Shown: piece after piece, positions 9,419 through 18,680 of the stretch
Layout: every line of letters starts with the position of its first letter
Numbering within the stretch: position 1 is the stretch's first letter
DNA from: Alphaproteobacteria bacterium
Lineage (GTDB): Bacteria; Pseudomonadota; Alphaproteobacteria; JBMOFM01
NCBI GenBank assembly: GCA_049318825.1
Contig: JBMOFM010000003.1
Span: 12,889 to 76,888, forward strand
Direction: 5' to 3'
Length of the DNA: 64,000 nt
Position numbers and translations under genes: made by a program
The notes under the pieces: generated by a model
What the model saw: the letters and a program-made list of their open reading frames with translations, nothing else
Told to the model about the DNA's origin: nothing
Databases searched by the model: none

Positions 9419-10465
9419 ATGACTATCACCGCAGCCAATTTACAAGATTTTTTAACGCGCTTATTGCAAGCGGGTGGTTTTACCGCAGAAGAAGCGGCCA
9501 GAACCGCTGAAAGCTTGGTGCTGTCTAATCTGGCGGGGCATGATTCTCATGGCGCGATTCGGGCGGTGGAATATCTTTCCTATTATCGTCAAGGTTTTTT
9601 GGCCAGTGGGGTTCCGCTCAATATGGTAGCCGAAACGCCATCTTCTCTCACCGTGGATGCTCAAAAAGGCTTGGGTCAGGTACAAATACCCCGTTTGATA
9701 GAAAAATTATTACAAAAATCCACCCACCATGGCGTGGTCACTGGCAGCATCATGGCTTGTGGCCATGTGGGGCGGTTGGGGGAATGGGTGGAATATATAG
9801 CCGCCAGCGGCATGGCCAGCTTTATGGCCGTGAATGATGATGGAAATTTTGCCTGTGTTGCCCCGCCGGGTGGGCGTGTGGGCTGCACCAGCACTAATCC
9901 ACTGGCCTTTGGCATACCGCTGGATGCAGGAGAAGTTTTCACCATCGATCTTTCCACCAGCACCGTGGCGTTAGGTAAAATGCGTCTAGCCGCTATGGCT
10001 GGCCAAGAATGCGCCGCTGGCTTGATTCAAGATCATGATGGTCAACCATCCACCAACCCTGCAATTTTATTTCAAGAACCGGCGGGGGCTATTTTGCCCA
10101 TGGCTGGTTATAAAGGCTTTGCCCTTTCCATGATTGTTGATTGCTTGGTTTCTGGCCTTTCTGGCGGTATTACCCCGCCGGGGCCAGCCCCTGTGCCCAT
10201 GCTCACCAATGCTTTAATTACCATTTGGAACCCAGCCTTATTTTCTGGCCTCCCGCATATGCAGTTTCAAGCAAGAAAATATATGAATTATCTGCGTGAA
10301 AACCCGCCGATAGACCCGCAACAACCCATCCGTTTGCCGGGGGATAGAGCCAATAAAGAAAAACGCACCCGCCAACAACAGGGCATTCCTTTAAGTGCGC
10401 CCACCATCAATGCTTTAGTGAAATTGGCTGGTAAGTTAGCCGTTACTCCGCCATCGGGTTGGTGA
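9419..10465 (+). CDS. Ldh_2 family (malate/L-lactate/L-sulfolactate) dehydrogenase
   Basis: N-terminal region ...ESLVLSNLAGHDSHGAIRAVEY is typical of the Ldh_2 family; about 348 aa; starts directly after the bcp stop. Confidence 0.65.
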   Translation: MTITAANLQDFLTRLLQAGGFTAEEAARTAESLVLSNLAGHDSHGAIRAVEYLSYYRQGFLASGVPLNMVAETPSSLTVDAQKGLGQVQIPRLIEKLLQKSTHHGVVTGSIMACGHVGRLGEWVEYIAASGMASFMAVNDDGNFACVAPPGGRVGCTSTNPLAFGIPLDAGEVFTIDLSTSTVALGKMRLAAMAGQECAAGLIQDHDGQPSTNPAILFQEPAGAILPMAGYKGFALSMIVDCLVSGLSGGITPPGPAPVPMLTNALITIWNPALFSGLPHMQFQARKYMNYLRENPPIDPQQPIRLPGDRANKEKRTRQQQGIPLSAPTINALVKLAGKLAVTPPSGW

Positions 10466-10563
10466 TTAATAAAGCATGGTTCGCTATAAAAACAAAAAAG
10501 GCATTGCCTGAAAAATCCTTAAAAGGTCAAGCAATGCCAAGATGTGCGCAGCAATCCAATAAA

Positions 10564-11286
10564 TTAAGCTAAATATTGGCCGCCATTAATATTCAGGGTA
10601 GAGCCCGTTACAAAACCAGCTTCTGGGCTGGCCAGATACACAACAGCCGCCGCAATTTCTTCTGCATGGCCTAAGCGTTTTACTGGAATTTTATTAATGA
10701 TTTTTTCCAACACGGTGGGGGCAACAGCGCGCACCATATCGGTATCGATATAGCCGGGGGCAATAGCATTAACCGTGATGCCTTTAGCTGCGCTTTCCAG
10801 AGCCAAGGCTTTGGTAAAACCAATAACCCCAGCTTTTGCCGCAGAATAATTGGTTTGGCCAGCTTGTCCTGCCACGCCATTAATCGAGCTAATGCTGATA
10901 ATACGGCCAAAGCCGCGCTCCCGCATGCCTTCAATCACGGGATGGGTGACATAAAATAATGAGCTTAAATTGGTTTGAATGACGTCATTCCATTGTTGCG
11001 CGGTCATTTTATGAAAAAAACCATCCCGCGTAATGCCGGCATTATTCACCAATATATCAACAGGGCCTAAGGCTGCGGTAACGTTTTTAATGCCTTGAAT
11101 GCAAGCATCGGCGTTAGAAACATCCCACTTAAAAGTGGCAATGCCAGTTTTTTCAGTAAATTCTTTGGCTTTTTCATCATTGCCAGCATAATTGGCGGCT
11201 ACTTTATAACCAGCTTTATGTAATGCTAGGCTGATGGCCTCGCCAATGCCTCTGGTGCCACCAGTGACTAATGCTACTCTAGTCAT
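10564..11286 (-). CDS. phaB: acetoacetyl-CoA reductase (SDR family)
   Basis: MTRVALVTGGTRGIGEAI... NNAGITRD... YSAAKAG... PGYIDTDM aligns closely with known PhaB sequences; 240 aa. Confidence 0.85.
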   Translation of the reverse strand: MTRVALVTGGTRGIGEAISLALHKAGYKVAANYAGNDEKAKEFTEKTGIATFKWDVSNADACIQGIKNVTAALGPVDILVNNAGITRDGFFHKMTAQQWNDVIQTNLSSLFYVTHPVIEGMRERGFGRIISISSINGVAGQAGQTNYSAAKAGVIGFTKALALESAAKGITVNAIAPGYIDTDMVRAVAPTVLEKIINKIPVKRLGHAEEIAAAVVYLASPEAGFVTGSTLNINGGQYLA

Positions 11287-11367
11287 TATTTTATCCTTCC
11301 CATTTTACTTTTATTATTTTCCTCTGCCTCCCTCGATAGGAGGGCAGAGGATGAAACGCCAATGCAA

Positions 11368-12540
11368 TTATCTTTCCACACACATGGCAATACCCATACC
11401 ACCGCCGATGCACAAGGTGACAAGTCCCTTTTTGGCGTTACGCCGCACCATTTCGTGCAACAGGCTCACTAAAACTCGTGCGCCAGAAGCACCAATTGGG
11501 TGCCCCAGAGCAATAGCACCGCCATTAACATTCACCTTGCTGAGATCCCAGCCCATATCTTTATTCACGGCGCAAGCCTGAGCTGCGAACGCTTCATTGG
11601 CTTCAATCAGATCAAGATCACCAACATTCCAGCCTGCTTTGCGCAAAGCCTCGCGTGAGGCAGGAATAGGGCCAGAACCCATAATGGTGGGATCGACGCC
11701 AACGGTAGCCCAAGAAGCGATTCGTGCGAGGGGGGTAACACCCTTTTTACTGGCTTCCACGCCGCTCATTAATAATAGAGCTGCTGCACCATCATTAATA
11801 CCAGAAGCATTACCAGCGGTTACCGTGCCATCTTTACTAAAAGCAGGCCGCAATTTGCTCAGCCCTTCCAAGGTTGTACCAAATTTGGGATATTCATCCG
11901 CATCCACCACTGTATCGCCTTTTTTACCTTTAATGGTAACGGCTACCAGCTCATCCTTAAATTTACCGGCCTTAATCGCGGCTTCTGCTTTTTGTTGTGA
12001 GGCGTAAGCAAACTCATCTTGTTGTTCGCGGCTAATTTGCCATTTTTGGGCAACATTTTCAGCCGTGGTGCCCATGTGGTAATTGTGGAAAGCTTCCCAC
12101 AGGCCATCTTTAATCATGGTATCCACCATTTCACTATTGCCCATTTTTACGCCGCTGCGCAAATACATGGCATGGGGAGAAAGGCTCATATTTTCTTGGC
12201 CGCCAGCCACCACAATGCTGCTATCCCCCGCTTTAATGGCTTGAAACCCTAAGGCCACGCTGCGCAGGCCAGAACCACAAACCTGATTGATTGTGTAAGC
12301 GGTACGCTCTACGGGAATGCCAGCTTTTACAGCGGCTTGGCGTGCTGGGTTTTGGCCAACACCGGCTGTTAATACCTGTCCCAAAATTACTTCAGAAATT
12401 TCAGCGGCATCGGTTTTTCCCCGTTGCAATACTTCTCGAATCACCACATCCCCCAGCTCATGGGCTGGCACATTGGCCAATGCTCCATTAAAAGAGCCAA
12501 TGGCCGTGCGGGCAGCGGCAGCAATCACAATATCAGTCAT
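11368..12540 (-). CDS. phaA: acetyl-CoA C-acetyltransferase (beta-ketothiolase)
   Basis: Thiolase motifs ([22 protein letters not shown]-terminus); the likely start [12 protein letters not shown] lies inside the longer listed ORF; adjacent to phaB. Confidence 0.85.
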   Translation of the reverse strand: MTDIVIAAAARTAIGSFNGALANVPAHELGDVVIREVLQRGKTDAAEISEVILGQVLTAGVGQNPARQAAVKAGIPVERTAYTINQVCGSGLRSVALGFQAIKAGDSSIVVAGGQENMSLSPHAMYLRSGVKMGNSEMVDTMIKDGLWEAFHNYHMGTTAENVAQKWQISREQQDEFAYASQQKAEAAIKAGKFKDELVAVTIKGKKGDTVVDADEYPKFGTTLEGLSKLRPAFSKDGTVTAGNASGINDGAAALLLMSGVEASKKGVTPLARIASWATVGVDPTIMGSGPIPASREALRKAGWNVGDLDLIEANEAFAAQACAVNKDMGWDLSKVNVNGGAIALGHPIGASGARVLVSLLHEMVRRNAKKGLVTLCIGGGMGIAMCVER

Positions 12541-12581
12541 GTTGAGTGTCCTTATCATTTCTATATGTTTGACATCACTTC

Positions 12582-13996
12582 ATGAGGCAACTTATGCTGC
12601 TTGCTAAAATCGTGCAAGCAGGAAGCAACAAGATGGACAGTTTTACCACCCCTATTTCTCATTCAACGCCAATCTACTGTTATCAACAGTTGGAAGATGT
12701 TCCCTTAAATGAACAACAACGCCAATATTTAGGGCGCAGTGGTTATGATGGCAAAGCCGGCAGTTTTGTGATTTTGCCCGCCGAGCATGGCGGGGTAGTG
12801 GTGTTGGCACGACCATTGGCCGAAACCCCTTGGCAATTGGCCAGTTTGGCCGAAAAATTACCAGATGGTGTGTATCATCTAGCGGGAGATGTGCCGGAGC
12901 ATCAGTTGGATTCTTATTGTTTAGGCTGGGCTTTGGCACAATATCGTTATGGGCAGTTTCGGCGACCCATGCGCGAATCATGGCCACAATTGGTATGGCC
13001 AGATTCCGTGAATCGAGCCGAAATTTTAGCCTTAGTGAAAGCTATTAATTTGGTGCGCCGTTTGGTGAATATGCCCGCTAATTATTTGGGGCCTGTTGAA
13101 TTGGCGAAGGAAGCTGAAATAATAGCCGCCCGATATGGAGCAGAAATCAACATTATTGATAACCAAGAGCTATTGACCAAAGAATGGCCAATGGTAAGAG
13201 CGGTAGGCCAAGCTAGCCCACGGTTGCCCTGTGTTATTGATCTGCGGTGGGGCGAGAAAGAGCATCCACTGATTAGCTTGGTGGGCAAAGGGGTGATTTT
13301 TGATACTGGCGGGCTGGATATTAAAACCGCTGGTTTTATGGAATTGATGAAAAAAGATATGGGGGGGCAGCCCATGCCTTAGCATTGGCAGAGCTGGTGA
13401 TGAGCATGAATTTGCCTATGCGCTTGCGGGTGATTATTCCAGCGGTAGAAAATGCCGTGGCTGGCAATGCCTTTCGCCCAGGGGATATTTTCCCCACCCG
13501 TAAGGGGTTAACCGTGGAAATTGGTAATACTGACGCTGAAGGCCGGCTAATTTTAGCGGATGCCCTTACCGCCGCTTGTGAAGATAAACCAGCATTAATA
13601 CTGGATTTTGCAACGCTCACGGGGGCTGCCCGCGGGGCATTGGGGTTGGATATCCCAGCATTTTTCTGTAACCATGAACAATTAGCGACCCGTTTAGAAA
13701 AGGCACGCGATCATACTAACGATCCCTTCTGGCGTTTGCCCTTATGGCAAGGTTATCGCAGCGATTTAGAATGCTATGCCGCCGATTTGCGCAATATTGC
13801 CAGCCATTCTTACGCGGGGGCAATTATAGCGGCGTTATTTTTGCAGCGTTTTGTTGATGATAGCACCCCATGGGCGCATTTCGATTTATTTGCGTGGAAT
13901 AATAAAAACCGTGCAGGCCGGCCAGAGGGCGGTGAAGCTTATACCATTCGTGCTTGTTACGAATTTCTAAAGCAGAAAAATTATCAAGATTTATAA
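12582..13996 (+). CDS. pepA: leucyl aminopeptidase (M17, PepA-like) with its reading frame broken inside a G7 homopolymer (13361-13367)
   Basis: The first ORF ends ...MKKDMGGQPMP* while the M17 continuation GGAAHALALAELV...NTDAEGRL is in the adjacent frame; one extra G would restore a contiguous M17 peptidase of about 470 aa. Confidence 0.8.
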
Positions 13997-14011
13997 GCAT
14001 TGGAAAAGTAG

Positions 14012-14437
14012 ATGATAGATATATCGGCTCAGGAACAAGCGATTGAACGATTAAAAGAGAGCTTGCATTATGCGGCCTCCCCTCTAGCACAACAGGATGC
14101 TGGTTTAGCTAGACAATTTATGGCTTCTTCCATTCAAGCTTTTGAGTTTACTTATGAATTAGCCCACAAAATGCTGAAGCGATATTTGGAAGCCACCGAG
14201 GCAAGCCCTGCCAGCATTGATGCTATGAGTTTTCAAGAACTAATTCGCACGGGGGCAGAAAAGGGTTTGTTGCAGCATTCATGGGATCAGTGGAAGCATT
14301 ATCGCCATTTTCGTAGTGTTACTAGCCATAGTTATAATGAGAAAAAGGCAGAAGAAGTATTTGAACATATACCCGCTTTTTTACAAGAGGCTGAATTCCT
14401 ACATGACCAGATAAAGAAAAGGCAAGCTGGTGCTTGA
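14012..14437 (+). CDS. HEPN-domain protein, HI0074-type nucleotidyltransferase substrate-binding family (putative toxin)
   Basis: 141 aa; Rx4-6H motif (FRSVTSHSY) near the C-terminus; overlaps the downstream MNT gene by 8 nt. Confidence 0.65.
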   Translation: MIDISAQEQAIERLKESLHYAASPLAQQDAGLARQFMASSIQAFEFTYELAHKMLKRYLEATEASPASIDAMSFQELIRTGAEKGLLQHSWDQWKHYRHFRSVTSHSYNEKKAEEVFEHIPAFLQEAEFLHDQIKKRQAGA

Positions 14438-14732
14438 TTTATCCACAGAAAATCTGACTCTTGTGCAGGCAATTTTGCAAGCACATATACCCACGAGCGA
14501 GGTGTGGGTGTTTGGTTCACGGGCGATGGGTAATGCTAAACCTTTTTCTGATTTGGATATAGCCATTTTGGCGGATGCGCCGCTGGCATCTCATGTGCTG
14601 ATTGACCTGAAAGAGGCTTTTGAGCAAAGTGATTTACCAATAAAAGTGGATGTGGTTGAATTTTACCAGCTGAATGCAGTTTTTCAGGAGAGGATTAAAA
14701 AGCATCATTATAGTATCCAATCTTGTGGCTAG
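14430..14732 (+). CDS. minimal nucleotidyltransferase (MNT, putative antitoxin)
   Basis: VFGSRAMGNAKPFSDLDIAIL has the GSx(9-13)DxD polymerase-beta-like NTase signature; 100 aa. Confidence 0.7.
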   Translation: MLDLSTENLTLVQAILQAHIPTSEVWVFGSRAMGNAKPFSDLDIAILADAPLASHVLIDLKEAFEQSDLPIKVDVVEFYQLNAVFQERIKKHHYSIQSCG

Positions 14733-14789
14733 TCGCTCCAACCTTATTCCATCCAACCTGAGGCAACTAAACTAGAGTGAGAAAATAGA

Positions 14790-15656
14790 TTGACCCCTTT
14801 AGATCCCCGCACATGGTTATATCAACCAGAACTCGCAGAAATATCGCTCAAGGGCAAAATTGAGGCTATAGATTTTGCTGATCTTGTTCCCTATCATGTG
14901 GTAGGGGCGGTTGTTCCCTTAAAATCACGCCCTGAAGCCTATTCTTTAGCCAGCCAATTGCTGTTTGGTGAACGGTTTGATGTGCTGCGTATTCATGCGG
15001 GCTTTGCTTGGGGGCGGGCATTGAATGATGGTTATTGCGGCTATGTTCCGGCTGAATATTTACAACAAGGTATTATCACGCCGCCATTATATCGGGTTCA
15101 TGTTTTGCGAAGCTTTATTTATCCCACGCCCTCGATGAAATCTGAGCCGCTGACTTTTCTACCCTTGGGGGCAGAAATAAGAGAAGGCCATCAGGAAAAC
15201 GCCTTTATGTATATAGAGCCATTAAAGGGCTGGATTTATGCCAAGCATGTGCAATTGGCTAAGGTACAACCATCGCTATTGGATATGATAAGCATTGCGC
15301 GTTGCTTTTTGGGTGTGCCCTATTTATGGGGTGGAAAAACATCATTAGGGCTGGATTGTTCCGCCCTTATACAAACATTATTGCTTATAGCCCAGCAGAT
15401 TTATATTCCGCGGGATAGCGATCAGCAACGCGAGAAGCTGGCTGATTTTTTTGCCCCAACTACTCAGCCATGGCAAAGCGGCGATATTTTATTTTTCCCT
15501 GGGCATGTTGGCATGATGAGTGATGCAGAACATCTTATCCACGCTAATGCTTTCCATATGCAGGTAACTGAAGAAAAACTCAGCGAGGTGCTCAGCCGCT
15601 TTGATGATCCAGCAAGTGCTATATTAAAAGCCTATAGAACGGCCCAATCAACATAA
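14790..15656 (+). CDS. NlpC/P60 family peptidoglycan endopeptidase with an N-terminal SH3b-like region
   Basis: C-terminal catalytic triad context (GLDCSALIQ... FFPGHVGMM ... HANAF); TTG start. Confidence 0.65.
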   Translation: MTPLDPRTWLYQPELAEISLKGKIEAIDFADLVPYHVVGAVVPLKSRPEAYSLASQLLFGERFDVLRIHAGFAWGRALNDGYCGYVPAEYLQQGIITPPLYRVHVLRSFIYPTPSMKSEPLTFLPLGAEIREGHQENAFMYIEPLKGWIYAKHVQLAKVQPSLLDMISIARCFLGVPYLWGGKTSLGLDCSALIQTLLLIAQQIYIPRDSDQQREKLADFFAPTTQPWQSGDILFFPGHVGMMSDAEHLIHANAFHMQVTEEKLSEVLSRFDDPASAILKAYRTAQST

Positions 15657-15676
15657 GCCATTTTATTGAGCCTTTT

Positions 15677-16681
15677 CTATAATAAGCCCGCCAATTTTTT
15701 GATAATCGCCTGTTTGCTGATACCTTCAGCATGGGCTTGATAGTTGAGCTGCATGCGGTGGGCTAATACTGGTTCCAGTAGCCGTTCCACATCATCCAAT
15801 GAAGGGGCAAGGCGGCCTTCCAGCAGGCAGAGCGCGCGGCAACATAAAGCCAAGGCTTGCCCTGCCCGTGGGCCGGGGCCCCAATTCACATATTTTTTAA
15901 CCTCATGTAAGTCGCTATTTTCTGGGCGCGCGGCACGGGTTACGGCAATAATTTTATCCAGTAACATCTCTCCCAATGGCATTATTCTTACCAATGATTG
16001 CAGTTCTAATAAATCCTCGGCGGTTAAAAGGGGTACTATATCCGCTTCTTTACTACCCGTGGTGAGCAACACCATATTTTTTTCAGCCACGGCATCGGGG
16101 TAAGAAATGGTAATGCCCATTAAAAAACGGTCGAGCTGCGCTTCAGGTAGGGGGTAAGTGCCTTCTTGTTCAATTGGGTTTTGCGTGGCCATCACATGAA
16201 AAGGGGTAGGCAATGAGCGCAATACACCATTCACCGTGATAGAATGTTCCTGCATGGCCTGTAATAATGCAGATTGCGTGCGGGGGCTGGCGCGGTTAAT
16301 TTCGTCGGCCATTAATAATTGGCAAAAAACTGGTCCTTCAATAAAGCGGAAAGAACGACCATGCTCACGGCTTTCATCCAGCACTTCCACCCCCAAAATA
16401 TCAGCGGGCATTAAATCAGGGGTACATTGAATACGTTTTACATCCAAAGCAAGAGCTTGGCCTATAGCGTGCACCAATCTGGTTTTGGCAAGGCCGGGTA
16501 AGCCAGTGAGCAAGCTATGACCACCTGCTAATAAAGCGGTTAGGCTTTGATCGATAACGCGCTCTTGCCCTAGAACAATTTGCTGTAATGCTTGCCGCAA
16601 AGAAAAAAGCTTCTCTGTGAGTTGCGATATATGCTGAGAGGGGTTTTGCCAGTCAATTGTTATCATGTCAATTTTTGTCAT
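15677..16681 (-). CDS. moxR: MoxR-family AAA+ ATPase
   Basis: Walker A-like GLPGLAKT, MoxR-type sensor motifs, 334 aa. Confidence 0.85.
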   Translation of the reverse strand: MTKIDMITIDWQNPSQHISQLTEKLFSLRQALQQIVLGQERVIDQSLTALLAGGHSLLTGLPGLAKTRLVHAIGQALALDVKRIQCTPDLMPADILGVEVLDESREHGRSFRFIEGPVFCQLLMADEINRASPRTQSALLQAMQEHSITVNGVLRSLPTPFHVMATQNPIEQEGTYPLPEAQLDRFLMGITISYPDAVAEKNMVLLTTGSKEADIVPLLTAEDLLELQSLVRIMPLGEMLLDKIIAVTRAARPENSDLHEVKKYVNWGPGPRAGQALALCCRALCLLEGRLAPSLDDVERLLEPVLAHRMQLNYQAHAEGISKQAIIKKLAGLL

Positions 16682-16813
16682 GGTGAATCGGTCAAGAAAA
16701 AAGAAAGAACATAAGCCTAGCCTAATAATCTGTGCAGCGCAATTATCGATTTCCTAACGCTTTTGATGGTAAATTAGTTGGTCTGTGTTGCAACGCAAAA
16801 AAGATGGTGTGGA

Positions 16814-17287
16814 ATGAGAAAAATTCTTTTACTAACAATTCTGTTTTTTGCGGTTTCGGTGGTAGCGCAGCCTTTATCATCGATGAAGGCACAAGCTTCG
16901 GAAGAAAAATCTGATGGCCATGGCGAGGAAAAAGGTGGGCACGATAAAGAAGATCCCAATGAACCTCACTATGTTCATTTTCAGCAGCGCGTGATTATTC
17001 CAATGTTTTCGGGTAAAAACATTGTACAGGTAGTGGCCTTGCAACTGGCGTTGGAAGTAAATACTTCCAGCCAAGCCGATAAGGTGCGTAACATGTTTCC
17101 CCGTTTGCAAAATGCTTATTTAGAAACACTGTATGGGAATATGGATAATAGTAATATTATTTCCGATACGGGCAGAGTGAATCTTGGATTTATTAAGTCA
17201 CAAATTGCTGTTGCCAGCGAAAAAATTCTTGGCGAGGGCGTATTAAAAGACGTGTTGATCCAATCAGTTTCACAACGCGAGATGTAG
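16814..17287 (+). CDS. FliL-like protein (flagellar basal-body-associated family), signal/TM N-terminus
   Basis: MRKILLLTILFFAVSVVA signal sequence; C-terminal region YVHFQQRVIIPMFSGKNIVQVVALQLALEVNT...KDVLIQSV matches the FliL family pattern; no other flagellar genes in the window. Confidence 0.5.
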   Translation: MRKILLLTILFFAVSVVAQPLSSMKAQASEEKSDGHGEEKGGHDKEDPNEPHYVHFQQRVIIPMFSGKNIVQVVALQLALEVNTSSQADKVRNMFPRLQNAYLETLYGNMDNSNIISDTGRVNLGFIKSQIAVASEKILGEGVLKDVLIQSVSQREM

Positions 17288-17297
17288 GCCTTATTTT

Positions 17298-18680
17298 CTA
17301 TGATTGGTAAGGGTTTTTCTGTGGCCCTCTTATCTTAAAACGAATAGGCGTGCCACTTAAACCAAAATGCTCACGCAGACCATTAGTAAGGTAGCGAATA
17401 TAATCTTCTGGTAGATCATCTGGCCGTGAAGCAAAAAGAGCAAAACTGGGCGGTCGTGCCTTAATTTGGGTGATATAACGCAAGCGATTATTTTTGCCAT
17501 TCACCATCGGGGGAGCGTGATTCGAGACCATATCCGCCAGCCATAAATTTAGCTTTGCGGTGGGAATGCGGCTATTCCAGATATCGTAAGAATTATTACA
17601 TTCAGTGATTAAGCGATCTAAGCCGCGCTTGTACAAGGCGGAGATGGTAACTAACCGCACGCCTTTTAATTGCGGTAATAATAGAGCGGCTTTTTCTTGA
17701 ATTTGGCGGCGAACTTTTTCCTGATTTTCAACCTCATCCCATTTATTAATGGCAAGAACCAGTACGCGGCCTTCTTCGGCAACATAGCGCGCTATTTGTA
17801 GATCCTGCTTTTCTAGGGCCTGATTAACATCGGATACTAAAATCACCACTTCCGACATGCGAATAGAACGCAAGCTTTCCTGTGCCGCTAAACTCTCTAA
17901 TTTTTCTTCAAGGCGGGCTTTTTTGCGCAAACCAGCCGTATCAATCAACCGAATAGCCGTGCCGTTCCACTCCAGATCATTAGCAATAGAATCGCGAGTA
18001 ATGCCTGGTTCAGGCCCTGTTAATAAGCGTTCTTGTCCTAGAAAGGCGTTAATTAGGGTCGATTTTCCAGCATTAGGGCGCCCAACAATAGTAATGGTTA
18101 ATGGACGTTTTTCATATTCTTCGTCGCTTTCCGGTTGGTCTTCTTCAAGATCCACATCTTCTTCAATCTGAGGTTTGATATAAGGCAGCATGGCTTCATA
18201 TAAGCCATCTAACCCTTCTCCATGGGCAGCAGATACTGGAACAGGATCACCAAAACCAATACGCCAGCTTTCGGAAATACCAGCTAAACCGGTTTTCCCT
18301 TCACATTTATTGGCTAATAATACGACGGGTAAGCCAGTTTCCCTTAATTGACGGGCAACATCTTCATCTTGCGGGGTAACGCCGATGCGTGCATCAATCA
18401 CCATCAGGCATAAATTGGCTTTTTTTACAGCTTTCATTGTAAAAAGCCGCATATTCAAAGCGATGGGTTGGTTATCTGCTTCAATACCAGCCGTATCAAA
18501 TAGGGTAAAGTGCAAATCGCCCAGCGAGCCTTCCGCCTGTTTCCAATCTCTGGTGACCCCGGGTTGATCATCCACTAAAGAAATTTTACGACCAACCAAG
18601 CGGTTAAACAGGGTGGATTTGCCAACATTAGCACGGCCAGCTATTACCACAATTGGCAATGGTTGAGATGTTTCTGTCAT
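17298..18680 (-). CDS. der: ribosome-associated GTPase Der/EngA (tandem GTPase domains)
   Basis: Two G domains (GRANVGKST and GRPNAGKST) plus a KH-like C-terminus; 460 aa. Confidence 0.9.
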   Translation of the reverse strand: MTETSQPLPIVVIAGRANVGKSTLFNRLVGRKISLVDDQPGVTRDWKQAEGSLGDLHFTLFDTAGIEADNQPIALNMRLFTMKAVKKANLCLMVIDARIGVTPQDEDVARQLRETGLPVVLLANKCEGKTGLAGISESWRIGFGDPVPVSAAHGEGLDGLYEAMLPYIKPQIEEDVDLEEDQPESDEEYEKRPLTITIVGRPNAGKSTLINAFLGQERLLTGPEPGITRDSIANDLEWNGTAIRLIDTAGLRKKARLEEKLESLAAQESLRSIRMSEVVILVSDVNQALEKQDLQIARYVAEEGRVLVLAINKWDEVENQEKVRRQIQEKAALLLPQLKGVRLVTISALYKRGLDRLITECNNSYDIWNSRIPTAKLNLWLADMVSNHAPPMVNGKNNRLRYITQIKARPPSFALFASRPDDLPEDYIRYLTNGLREHFGLSGTPIRFKIRGPQKNPYQS

